Source of the DNA: Octopus vulgaris
Lineage: Eukaryota
Length of the DNA: 64,000 nucleotides
NCBI GenBank assembly: GCA_951406725.2
Contig: OX597815.1
Span: 24,118,001-24,182,000 of the forward strand
Reading direction: 5' to 3'
Shown here: positions 42,466-54,726 of the stretch, one piece after another
How the letters are laid out: each line of letters begins with the position of its first letter
How positions within the stretch are numbered: position 1 is the stretch's first letter
Notes under the pieces: generated by a model
Told to the model about the DNA's origin: nothing
The model's database searches: none
What the model saw: the letters and a program-made list of their open reading frames with translations, nothing else
Translations under genes and position numbers: made by a program

Positions 42466-42505
42466 ACTGTCTGACGAATGGGTAAGTGAAACTTTGTGTA
42501 ATAGC
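42466..42505 (+). ncRNA. Degenerate minimal type I hammerhead motif
   Basis: CTGT-CTGACGA-ATGGGTAAGT-GAAAC-TTTGT-GTA-ATAG; stem I CTGT/ATAG; weak stem II. Confidence 0.5.
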
Positions 42506-42635
42506 TTCTGTGATGCTTTTGCAGCTTCAATAATAAAAATACATACGTCTGTGTGTGTGTGTGTGTATGTGTGCGTGTGTCTGTCTGTGCATCAGTGCAT
42601 GTGTGTGATGACCCCTAACGGTTTTTAAACTCAAA

Positions 42636-42880
42636 AGGCGGCGAGCTGGCAGAAACGTTAGCACGCCGGGCGAAATGCGTAGCTGTATTTCGTCTGCCGT
42701 TACGTTCTGAGTTCAAATTCCACCGAGGTCGACTTTACCTTTCATCCTTTCGGGGTCGATAAATTAAGTACCAGTTACGTACTGGGGTCGATGTAATCGA
42801 CTTAATACCTATGCCTGTCCTTGTTTGTCCCCTCTATGTTTAGCCCCTTGTGGGTAATAAAGAAATAGAAATAGGTATTT
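42636..42880 (+). mobile_element. SINE family A, full length
   Basis: TSD GGT(T/A)TTTAAACTCAAAA. Confidence 0.9.
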
Positions 42881-43461
42881 AAACTCAAAACAAAAAAAGG
42901 GAAAATTTGATATAGTTAGGTTTCTGCTCTTGATCATTCCACGCAATAATTCCTATGCAAAATATAAGTTCGAAAACTATGTAATTTTTCGAATTAAGAA
43001 CCTATGATATTCACTTCGTTTTTATACTTATCTAAATACTATTAGGAATGGGAGAAATTAAAAATCAAACTCAAAATTAGAATTAGAAACACTTAGTCCC
43101 TTTCTAAAGCCTATATAATTTTCTATTAAAATTCAAATAAAACTCGAGACTGGCTGAGTAGTTTCTGTTCTACTTGGACAAGGAGTGACATCGGCGAAAA
43201 GGGTGTAATAGAATTGTTATCGTTACAAAGATGCTTGGCATAGCGTCGGAAATAGCCGGAAGCTTTTAAATGACATTATCACTATCAGAGTCCAGGAAAC
43301 ATATAGCGTTAGGAATTGCCGCCCCTTGTTATGATAAGAAACATATTCACACAAAATGATTGCTATGTGACTACCGATATGGTTTGCTCCACTTTGTGGT
43401 TGATAGATAAAATATAACTGATATTGTAAACATGCTTGTGCTTATGGTTGCCGTTTAAAGC

Positions 43462-44235
43462 TGTTTACAATAAAAATGAAATGAAATAGAAATAAAAAGT
43501 GAAAACATATTTTCAAGTTAAATGAGGGAACTTTTCGGTTTGAACGGCAGTTTTTTAAAATAATTTCCACGTAACTAAACACTTTTAAACTTCGTATACT
43601 GGTAGAATGTGTTTATAAAACATCTTTTTCTCTTGGCTTTATTGAGTAAATTCTATAGTTTGTAAGATATTTGTTGTTCTTTTCTTTAATTTCTGCAATT
43701 TCAACCAATCAATGACGTCTGTTGAGGTGAAAACATTCTGTGCCGTATGAATGTTTACAATAAAAATGAAATGAAATAGAAATAAAAAGTGAAAACATAT
43801 TTTCAAGTTAAATGAGGGATCTTTTCGGTTTGAACGGCAGTTTTTTTTTAATAATTTCCACGTAACTAAACACTTTTAAACTTCGTATACTGGTAGAATG
43901 TGTTTATAAAACATCTTTTTCTCTTGGCTTTATTGAGAAAATTCTATAGTTTGTAAGATATTTGTTGTTGTTTTTCTTTAATTTCTGCAATTTCAACCAA
44001 TCAATGACGTCTATTGAGGTAAAAAAAACATTCTGTGCCGTATGAATATGCCCCTCGTTTAAGAAACAGATTGGGTTTATTTACATTTCTGAAGAAAAAA
44101 AATACCCTTCCCCCACCCCTAACCCTAACCCTAAAACAGATTGAAATGCAATAGATCGATACTAGGGTTATAATTATGGGTGACAATTTCATATGAAACC
44201 ACTAGAAAAAACTGCCGTTCAAACCGAAAAGATCA
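43462..44235 (+). mobile_element. MITE family C (43817-44235) with a 290-bp tandem duplication of its left flank and left half
   Basis: TSD TAAATGAG at 43809-43816 and 44236-44243; 43462-43751 is repeated from 43752. Confidence 0.9.
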
Positions 44236-44619
44236 TAAATGAGAAAACTAAGGTGTAATTTGTTTACGTATTTTGTTTTATTATATTTCTTTATCTATTT
44301 ATCAGGATAAACACAGATTAGTAAAATAAGTAGGATGACAGACAAACTGTCCACAGTAGTTCAGAAGAATCATTGATCGAAAGTTATGTTCAACTTTCCT
44401 CTTAACAGCTCCTTTCTCAGCAGCGATACAACACTTCAGTTCACAACACTGGAATTTCTCCCATTCTGCTGCCATCTGCAGTATATATCTTACCAAGAGA
44501 GGTCACCAAACAACTCTGCTATGTATTCGTACTATTCGTAAGACAGACCATCCAGACCGGACTATTTGCACCTCGTGCAATTACTCAACACCTGTAATAG
44601 CTATTTCAATTGCTATTAA

Positions 44620-44827
44620 GCACGCCGGGCGAAATGCGTAACCGTATTTCGTCTGCCGTTACGTTCTGAGTTCAAATTCCGCCGAGGTCGACTTTGCCTT
44701 TCATCCTTTCGGGGTCGATAAATTAAGTACCATTTACACACTGGGGTCGATGTAATCGACTTAATCCGTTTGTCTGCCCTTGTTTGTCCCCTCTGTGTTT
44801 AGCCCCTTGTGGGTAGTAAAGAAATAT
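44620..44827 (+). mobile_element. SINE family A, 5'-truncated
   Basis: TSD TATTTCAATTGCTATTA. Confidence 0.88.
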
Positions 44828-45574
44828 ATATTTCAATTGCTATTACAGGCCTTTTGCAGAGCATAGCGTTTTGGGTCACCGAGGTGGACACATCTGCTCG
44901 GAGCCGAATAGTTCGCAACCGTCTCTACCAGTCAAAAACTGAATTAGGGTTTTGTTACCACGTTGCGCCCTCGTCTTCGCCATTCAAGACCATTGGACTT
45001 GTGTTTTTGGCAAATAAAAGAAATTTTTGAGCTGGTAGAATTGTTAGTGCGTCGGACAAATGCATAGCAGTATTTCTTCCAGCTCTTTACGTACTGAGTT
45101 CAAATTCTGCCGAGGTCAAATGTGTCTTTCCTCCTTCCAAGATCGATAAAAATATAGTACTGGGGTCTACATAATTAACTTGTACCTCCCCTCTGAAGTG
45201 TTGCCTTTGCGCCAAAAATTATCTATTTATCTTACTCAGGCCTTTCTCATTATTCGTCGGCTATTGTAAATAATTTTTTAAAAAAAGTAGATTATTTTCG
45301 GAAAAGGATGACAACATTTTGAATTAGAGGTGCAAATTATTCAGCTCACGCAACTGTTGTCCAAATCAACACCGGAGCATTTACGAGGTCGCTCAACCTG
45401 CTAGAAATAGTAGCCAAATCTCTTTCAAAAACAGAAGTACATATTACATGATATAATCATAACTAAGATGGGCTGCTTATTATTGGAATATCTTCGATTG
45501 TCCACCCACAGGGGAGATCTGGGATTAAGCAACAACTGCTGTTTCTTTACTAGGAAAAATATTGCCTAGACACA

Positions 45575-46208
45575 TGGGCATGACTGTGTGGTAAGAGGTT
45601 TGCTTGCCCACCACGTGGTTCCGGGTTCAGTCTCACTGCGTGGTACCTTGGACAAATGTCTTCTACCAGGGCTTCGGGCCGACCAAAGCCATGTGAGTGG
45701 ATTTAGTAGACCGAAATTGAAAGAAGCCCGTCGCATACATATCTGTGTGTGTTTGAATATGCGTGTGTGTATGTATGTATGTATGTATGTATGTATGTAT
45801 GTATGTATGTATGTATGTATGTATGTATGTATGTATGTATGTATGTATGTATGTGTGTGTGTATGTATGTATGTATGTATGTATTATGCATGTATGTATG
45901 TATGTATGTATGTATGTATGTATGTATGTATGTATGTATGTATGCATGTATGTATGTATGTATGTATGTATGTATGTATGTATTATGCATGTATGTATGT
46001 ACGTGTATGTGTGTGTATAAGGTTGTCCTCCACTACCACCCTTGAGAGTCGGTGCTGGTTTGTTTATGTCCCCGAAAGTCTGGCGGTTCGACAAAACAGA
46101 CCGATGAAGTAAATACCAGACTTTAAAAATAAGTGCTGGAGTCGATTCGGTCAGCTAAAATTCTTCAAGGCAGTGCCCCAGCATGGCCACAGCCTAATGA
46201 TTGAAACA
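45575..46208 (+). mobile_element. SINE family B with expanded internal (TATG)n
   Basis: Family B head and tail flank ~250 bp of microsatellite. Confidence 0.85.
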
Positions 46209-46277
46209 AGCAAAAGAAATAAAAGAATATATTTTTTTTTATCTGTGTTTTTTTCCCTCTGAATAGATTTATACTTG

Positions 46278-46518
46278 AATACCTATTTCTATTTCTTTAT
46301 TACCCACAAGGGGCTAAAGACAGAGGGGACAAACAAGGACAGACATAGGTATTAGGTCGATTACATCGACCCCAGTACGTAACTGGTACTTAATTTATCG
46401 ACCCCGAAAGGATGAAAGGCAAAGTCGACCTCGGCGGAATTTGAACTCAGAACGTAACGACAGACAAAATACGGCTACGCATTTCGCCCGGCGCGCTAAC
46501 GTTTCTGCCAGCTCGCCG
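46278..46518 (-). mobile_element. SINE family A
   Basis: Matches family A in reverse orientation. Confidence 0.88.
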
Positions 46519-46836
46519 ACCGTCGTTATCGCCGTCAATACGAAGCTGTTAACTTTTGTGTTCTAAGAAATAATGTCAAGGGGAATGCCAAACAGGTAAA
46601 TCGATGACAACCTGTTTTGACATGTACGACTCTGTTATTATTATGAAAAGGAGAAAAAAAATGTAAACTATTTCAGTATCAGGTTATGATAGACGTCACT
46701 GCAGTTATGGTGACGGAGCAACAGCTTGGATAATTAAAACAAAAAAAAAATCATATCAATATTAGCTAACACTGAAGACAGGAAACTAACAGGATAATTA
46801 GAGCGTATGAAAACTACCTTAGTGGTATTTGTTCTG

Positions 46837-47560
46837 GTTCTGAGTTCAAATTCCGCCGAGGTCGACTTTGCCTTTCATCCTTTCGGGGTCGATTAAATAA
46901 GTACCAGTTACGCACTGGGGTCGATATAATCGAGTTAATCCGTTTGTCTGTCCTTGTTTGTCCTCTCTGTGTTTAGCCCCTCGTGGGTAATAAAGAAATA
47001 GGTATTTCGTTTGCCGTTACGTTCTGAGTTCAAATTCCGCCGAGGTCGACTTTGCCTTTCATCCTTTCGGGGTCGATTAAATAAGTACCAGTTACGCACT
47101 GGGGTCGATATAATCGAGTTAATCAGTTTGTCTGTCCTTGTTTGTCCCTTCTGTGTTTAGCCCCTTGTGGGTAATAAAGAAATAGGTATTTCGTCTGCCG
47201 TTACGTTCTAAGTTCAAATTCCGCCGAGGTCGACTTTGCCTTTCATCCTCTCGGGGTCGATTAAATAAGTACCAGTTACGCACTGGGGTCGATATAGTCG
47301 ACTTAATCCGTTTGTCTGTCCTTGTTTGTCCCTTCTGTGTTTAGCCCCTTGTGGGTAATAAAGAAATAGGTATTTCGTCTGCCGTTACGTTCTAAGTTCA
47401 AATTCCGCCGAGGTCGACTTTGCCTTTCATCCTCTCGGGGTCGATTAAATAAGTACCAGTTACGCACTGGGGTCGATATAGTCGACTTAATCCGTTTGTC
47501 TGTCCTTGTTTGTCCTCTCTGTGTTTAGCCCCTTATGGGTGGTAAAAGAAATAGGTATTT
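46837..47560 (+). mobile_element. Head-less SINE-A tetramer, period ~184 bp
   Basis: GGTATTT junctions at 47001, 47185, 47369 and 47554; 17-bp flanking duplication GGTATTTGTTCTGGTTC. Confidence 0.9.
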
Positions 47561-47622
47561 GTTCTGGTTCGACATTCTGATTTTCAAATCCCTCATTTCA
47601 TTCTTCCAGAGTCTATGAAATA

Positions 47623-48296
47623 AAATACCTATTTCTTTACTACCCACAAGGGGCTAAATAGAGAGTGGACAAACAAGGACAGACAAACGGATTAAGTCGA
47701 TTATATCGACCCCAGTGCGTAACAGGTACTTATTTAATCGACCCCGAAAGGATGAAAGGTAAAGTCGACCTCGGCGGAATTTGAACTCAGAACGTAACGG
47801 CAGGTGTTCTTTACTACCCACAAGGGGCCAGACACAGAGAGGACAAACAAGGACAGACAAACGGATTAAGTCGATTACATCGACCCCAGTGCGTAACCGG
47901 TACTTATTTAATCGACGCCGAAAGGATGAAAGGCAAAGTCGACCTCGGCGGAATTTGAACTCAGAACGTAACGGCAGACGAAATGCCTATTTCTCTACTA
48001 CCCACAAGGGGCTAAACAGAGAGTGGACAAACAAGGACAGACAAACGGATTCAGTCGATTATATCGACCCCAGTACGTAACTGGTACTTATTTAATCGAC
48101 CCCGAAAGGATGAAAGGCAAAGTCGACCTCGGCGGAATTTGAACTCAGAACGTAACGGCAGGTGTTCTTTACTACCCACAAGGGGCCAGACACAGAGAGG
48201 ACAAACAAAGACAGACAAACGGATTAAATCGATCATATCGACCCCAGTGCGTAACTGGTACTTATTTAATCAACCCCGAAAGGATGAAGGGCAAAG
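47623..48296 (-). mobile_element. Head-less SINE-A tetramer with ABAB higher-order period of 358 bp
   Basis: Variant junction GGCAGGTGTTCTTT near 47801 and 48159; alternating diagnostic bases. Confidence 0.9.
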
Positions 48297-49369
48297 TGCT
48301 ACTATCGATGTATTCGATTAACCTACCTTCTCTCAAAATTGCTGGCCTTGTGCATAAATTAGAAGTAATATTCTTTTCTACTCTAGGCACAAGGCCCTAA
48401 TTAGAAGTAACATCAGCAAAGACTAAGGCGGAGAGATGGCAGAATCATTAGTACGCCAGACATAGTGCTTGGCGGCAGTTCGTCCATCTTTACGTTCTGG
48501 GTTCAAATGCTGCCGGGGTTGACTTTGCCTTTCATCCTTTCGGGTTCGATAAAATAAATACCAGTTGATCACTAGGGGTCTATGTAATCGAGTTACCCCC
48601 TTCCCCTAATATTAGCAAACACTTCCTATTTATTCTTCTACTGTCGATCAAATAAGTACGGAGTATGTTGCGAGATAGATTCAGTCGGCTGTACTCCGGC
48701 TGCACGAATATGTAAGCAAACGATATTAACGAATTAAATTGTAAAGTGACGGGTGAAGGCTGTTCAATATTTAATTTCAGGCTATGAGGTTCGAAAACAA
48801 ATGGAGACGGCTTCATCTTTAATTCAGGTTCAATAAAGTAATTCTTGGTGATTACTGGTGTTGAGTCAAAGGGAGCGCAGACAGAACAATGTAGTTAAGA
48901 CATTCATTTCGCATTACCTGATTTCTGAGTTGTTCCCGCCGCGCGATACGTTCTACCGTAACTTTAGGTTGACCAAAGCCTTGTGAATGAAATTTGGTAG
49001 ACAGAAATTGGATGGAAGTCTGCAGTAGTGATCGTTAATGTTCTTGAGATGTTATATTTAGTTCCGTTGCCCAGTTTAACACCACTACAAAGTTCTCGAG
49101 AGCCCCTTTTCGGCGAAAAAACCGATGCCGCCGGTATGAGATGATTTCCTTTTGTCCCCCCAGTGTAGGAGGCCCTGAAAAAAAGTCATTGGTGTTGCTC
49201 TTCCATCTCTGACTGAACCTTTAAAATATCGTCCATACAACTCCTTATTCCAAAATTGTCTGAACCTTTAAAGAATCGTCTATACAACTCCTTATTCCAA
49301 AATTGCCCCCGTGTCCAATTAGTGCTAACCAACAATAGTAATAGCAACTATAATAATAATAACAACAAC

Positions 49370-49590
49370 GTGGAAAAGAAGAGAGTTCCAACAGCTTGAT
49401 GTTTTAAGGAGGAAATCTTATGTAAAAGTCGTTAGTGCTGGGCCTGAAGAGTAACTGATGGCAATGGTAACGAGAGAATGGGGGCCGGGTGTGTCAAAGG
49501 TCCAAGGTGAAGGTACAGCAAACTGATTTAGATGACAAGAAAGCACAGTAGCGATAGAATACTGACGATAGAGCACGTCTGCGGGCCATA
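49370..49590 (-). mobile_element. Decayed CR1/Jockey-group LINE 3' end
   Basis: Minus-strand remnants SVFYRY and FLLKTSSCWNSL (compare SFFPRT..LWNSLP); adjacent (TTA/TTG)n tail. Confidence 0.5.
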
Positions 49591-49905
49591 AACTGTAGTG
49601 CTTTGATTAAATTAATACGTTTACTAATTGTTAAGATTTTTTTATGTAGACTATGATATGCTTAAGTTGGCAACAGCATCGCCCCAAGAAAAGTTGTAAT
49701 ACTCAACGGTGAAATAAAATGAAGAGCTTTAAATTGAGAACATTTTTGTTGGACGCAAAACACAACGAAATTGGAAGAATTGTCTCCGCCCACTCACGAT
49801 AGGAGTTCAGTTGGCTTCTTAATGCTTTGAAGTGAAGTTAATCATTATGTTTGCTGTGTAAATTTTTCTATTTTAATATTATGTTCGATAATATAAAGTA
49901 CCAGT

Positions 49906-50612
49906 AAGACGGTGAGCTGGCAGAATCGTTAGCACGCGGGGCGAAATGCTTAGTGATGTTTCGTCTGCCGCTACGTTCTAAGTTCAAATTCCGCCGAGGT
50001 CGATTTTGCCTTTCATCCTTTCGGGGTCGATTAAATAAGTACCATTTACGCACTGGGGTCGATGTAATCGATTTAATCCCTTTGTCTGTCCTTGTTTGTC
50101 TCCTTTATGTTTAGCCCCTTGTGGGCAATAAAGAAATAAAAAATATTAAGTTCGGGAGTTTGGTAAAGTTTATTTACCGTGATGATAGTAAGGAAATGTA
50201 CCTTTGTCTCTCTATATAGATGAATGGTTGTACTAATACACTTCTTTAAGGCGGCGAGCTGGCAGCAGCGTTAGTGCAGTGGGCGAAATGCTTAGTGGTA
50301 TGTCGTCTGCCGCTACGTTCTGAGTTCAAATTCCGCCGGTAAAGTTTATTTACCGTGATGACAGTAAGGAAATGTACCTTTGTCTCTATATATAGTTTTC
50401 TTTACTACCCACAAAGGGGCTAAACACAGAGAGGACAAACAGATTAAGTCGATTACATCGACCCCAGTGCGCAACTGGTACTTAATTTATCGACCCCGAA
50501 AGGATGAAAGGCCAAGTCGACCTCAGTGGAATTTGAACTCAGAACGTAACGGCAGACGAAATACGGCTACGCATTTCGCCCGGCGTGCTAACGTTTCTGC
50601 CAGCTCGCCACC
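49906..50612. mobile_element. SINE-A cluster: 49906-50138 plus, head only 50248-50337 plus, 50397-50612 minus
   Basis: All match family A; an 86-bp flank duplication surrounds the head-only copy. Confidence 0.85.
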
Positions 50613-52859
50613 CTATTTGTCTCTATATATAAATGAATGGTTGTACTAATACACTTCTTTGGCTTAACTGTCGTCTTCCTTTTTCACCTTAATTTCCTCA
50701 TTCTCGGACAAAAGGGCCAAAGCGGTGAAACGTTATACCCAATAATCCTTGTGGAAAAATAGCTTTACCAATATTCCCCCTACATTGACTGAGTTTTGGC
50801 AAAAACAGTTTCCTTCGTCAGTTTCCACCAGCAGTTTCCTTTGATTCCAGATTTTATCATCTTGTAAAAATTCTGCTTCACGTGATTAGAGAAAAAGTGG
50901 GAGAAAGAAAAGAGGGAGAGAGAAAAGAGAGAGAGAGTAGCGTCCATGATGTGAGGTAGAGGGAATGTAATTGTAACGCTTTCAAGTGATCAGTTGAAGG
51001 GAAAGAGAGGAGAAAGAAAAAGAGGATGAGGCGAAGAATGCGACAGAAAGAGAGAAAGAAAAAGGGTGTCCATGACGTGTGGTAAGGGGAACGTAATACT
51101 TATTACGTGGTTAAAAAATTAGTTGTTGGTAGAGTGGTAGAGTTTAAAATATAATTTTAGCAGAGGGACGATGTTCTAATGGTGAGGTTAAAGAAAGGCA
51201 GAGAGAGAAGGGGAGAGAGAAGGGAGAGAGGAGAGAGGTGGGAGAGGATGGTGGTGGTGGCGGCGGTGAAGATGGTGGTGGTGGTGCGTGGATAATGAAA
51301 AGTGTATCTTTTTATAATTGTACTAATTTTTATTTATTGCACCTATCACCTAACGCATGAGCATAAGTGCAACTTCGTGAAATATTCACGCTTATTTACG
51401 TGGCAGATATATGCAATTTAACTAAAGGTTGTATCATATGTACGGCATATTTTTTTTATGGTGAAATGGAAGAATAACTGAATATTTGATTTATGAGTGC
51501 TGTCTTTAAGTCTAAGAAATTGTGCGTAAAGTATATAAAGTGTATATATAAAGTGCATTAAGTAATCATCGTATTCCAATTTCTTTCATTTTTCAATGAG
51601 TAGCAGGTGAGCAACTATCTTTCCATACAGACACAACACAGGCTACGCTTTCAGGTTTTCTGAATAAAGTTTTCAGAAATAACCCAATAGGTTTACCATT
51701 AATTCTGTGAAATATTCGCTTGTCCCGCTAGTATCTTAATATTATATTAATGAAGTGGTATTTTAATGAAATTATATTTTATTATAAAATTTAGAGTCTT
51801 TTATACAGAATCCATGGTCGACATTTCTGCAGATCAATAGTCCGGTGGTTAAAATTTTGGCATCTTGCCACAGGCGAGATTTTCGCTTAAATTTGTCACA
51901 AGAATAGTAAGCGATCAGTGCTGAAGTAATTTCTGACTCTGAGTAATGAAATGTCTTACAGTTTTTAGCTGCACTATGGGTGGGGGGGGGGGTCATCAGA
52001 AGATATCATGAGAGATTGTATTGCATGGCTGTTGAAAGTGCTTTGAGATTTTAAATTAGCGTTGTTCAAGAGTAGAGGGAGTTAAAAGATTGTTTCTTTG
52101 ATAAGCGCAGTGATTTCTTTGAACTGTTAGAGGAGACAAATGTTTTCCAAGTTTCTGTTCATTGGAATGAGCAGGTTGGATATGCAGTGTCTCGACTACA
52201 GGTCGTCGAAGGTTAAGGTGTAACGAGCTATATCATCTACAAAGAAATGGCTGATGTTTATGCTTGGTTACAATCCTATAAAATGACTTTTGTTATCTCA
52301 GAAACAACCGACGCCCAATAAATTTCACTGAAGTTCTTATGATACTGACACATTGACACTGAAACCCAATAAAGTACAAAAAGGCTACATAGATTTAATG
52401 TATTACGAAATCTATTTTTAGTAGCCTAATTTCTATCTCTATTTTTCTCCATCTGTACCTTTTCAACAAATGTTGTCGCTGACGAATATTTTGTTCTACT
52501 TTGAAAGAGTGTCCAATACAAATTAAACACATGTTCTGGATATTTATTCGCGCGCGCGTGTGTGAGTGTAGGTGCATGTGTGTGTGTGTGTGTGTGGGAT
52601 GAGGGTGTGTAGAAAGACAGATGTGTGCGTGTGTGTAAGTGCATTTGTGCACCCGTGTATTTGTGTAACAATCTCCGTGTGCATATGTAAGCCATTTCTG
52701 ATCAACTAATAGTAAGTCGTCGCGGAAGTCTATTATTATGAGCACTACAAGTAGTAACAGTTAGAAGGGAAAAGAGGGTAGAAAGAAAACTAAAAAGAAA
52801 AATCTTTTTAAGTGTAAAATATTCTTTCTATTCTAGGCCTGAAGTTTTGGAGAGGGGGG

Positions 52860-53398
52860 GCCAGTAGATTAAATCGACCTTAATACGCAACTGGTACTTA
52901 ATTTATCGACCCCGAAAGGATGAAAGGCAAAGTCGACCTCGGCGGAATTTGAACTCAGAACATAAAGACAGACGAAATACTTATTTCTTTACTACCCACA
53001 AGGGGCTAAACACAGAGAGGACAAACAATGACAGACAAACAGATTAAATCGATTATATCGACCTCAGTGCGTAACTGGTACTTATTTAATCGACCCCGAA
53101 AGGATGAAAGGCAAAGTCGTCCTCGGCGGAATTTGAACTCAGAACACAGCGACGGACGAAATACCTATTTCTTTACTACCCACAAGGTGCTAAACACAGA
53201 GGGGACGAACAAGAACAGACAAACGGATTAAGTCGATTACATCGACCCCAGTGCATAACTGGTTCTTAATTTATCGACCCCGAAAGGATGAAAGGCAAAG
53301 TCGACCTCGGCAGAATTTGAACTCAGAACGTAGCGGCAGACAAAATACCGCTAAGCATTTCGCCCGGCGTGCTAACGTTTCTGCCAGTTCACCGCCTT
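52860..53398 (-). mobile_element. SINE family A trimer
   Basis: Junctions GACGAAATAC(T/C)TATTTCTTT near 52975 and 53160. Confidence 0.88.
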
Positions 53399-54084
53399 AA
53401 ACGTGTAAAATATTATTTGTCAGTTTTTCTTGGGAGTAAAATAGCTCCCCAATTACCCCTATCTAATTGGGTGACTTGTATACCGACTTCTTAAACATGT
53501 CTCTCCACAACCATAGTCAACCTTATAACACCTGAATAGTTCAGACAAAACTATGCAAGCGAAGAAGAGTGGAAAATATGAAGGAAACCGATCAGTCATC
53601 AACACCTGCAAGATATAACAACGAGGAAAGGAAATGAGGCCATTTCGTTTCCTAAATTGTAACAGAATCTACTACAACTTTACCAACAGGATTTCTACTA
53701 ACACGCAACACTTCTCCTTCCTGTTAATCAAGTTAAGATGATTCTACAAGTAACACATGAACTTTGGAGTTGTTTTTTGGTATTTGGAAAACATTAATTC
53801 ATATTTGGCGTGATCCATCCTAGATAAGTTGTCTGTCTATGGACTCCACTTGTCTCTCACTTGAATTGGAAGTTTTCATGCATTTTCAACCACATTCTAT
53901 TATGTATAGTTCGTGCTTTGGAGTTTGTTTATAGCTCCCACGTTCTGCTTCGTTATACAACATATACTTCTTCACGGATGATACCATCTTTCACACTCGT
54001 TCACACTTAAATTCTCTAGGTACAAGTATAATTCAGTACAGCATAGGTAGGCTTCGCCAGGCTTGTAAAACTTCCATGAACATT

Positions 54085-54400
54085 CTGTTGTGTCTGGGGA
54101 GAGTCATTTTCTTTTTGTGCCTAACAATGTTCGTGTGTTGAAGCATATTCTGTTGTGACTGGGGAGAGTCATTTTCTTTTTGTGCCTTACAATGTAACAC
54201 ACTCACCGGTAAAATTTTCACTTATTTCATATTTTTATTCTCCTAAAATTTTCGTTGCGTCTTGCAACCTTTTCAATAGTCTTGACTCTGTCCGATATAT
54301 GAAATAAGTGGAAATTTTACTGGTGAGTGTGTTACTTTATAGGGCACAAAAAGAAAATGACTCTCCCCAGACACAACAGAATATGCTTCAACACACGAAC
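54085..54400. mobile_element. Repeat family D with inverted arms (54129-54232 and 54297-54400)
   Basis: ~104-bp arms pair by inspection; the 64-bp spacer holds the GTTGC/GCAAC hairpin. Confidence 0.7.
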
Positions 54401-54507
54401 TCACGTAAAGAATCTCGCAAACCAAATCCCAAAACAAAATTCCATGGACATATTTTTCGGAAACATTTCCCAAAGGGGACACGACAATCTAGTTTTCTTT
54501 AATATCA

Positions 54508-54724
<217 letters not shown>

Positions 54725-54726
<2 letters not shown>

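Noticed and set aside
46837-48296. CRISPR-like array; also considered for the 42-bp repeat
   Set aside because: No unique spacers, no cas genes, eukaryotic context; the units are SINE bodies or a minisatellite.
47781-48321. Recurrent peptide RNWYLFNRPRKDERQSRPRRNLNSERNGRRN in many ORFs
   Set aside because: Antisense translation of SINE A, not a gene family.
49213-49307. 47-bp tandem duplication
   Set aside because: Two copies only; an ordinary slippage duplication.
51790-52200. Possible decayed LINE RT; similar hints at 44320-44590 and 12610-12860
   Set aside because: Motif remnants are too eroded to support a call without a profile search.
52480-52520. CTGACGA..GAAAG..GTC hammerhead-like motif
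   Set aside because: No stem II and stem I is out of register.
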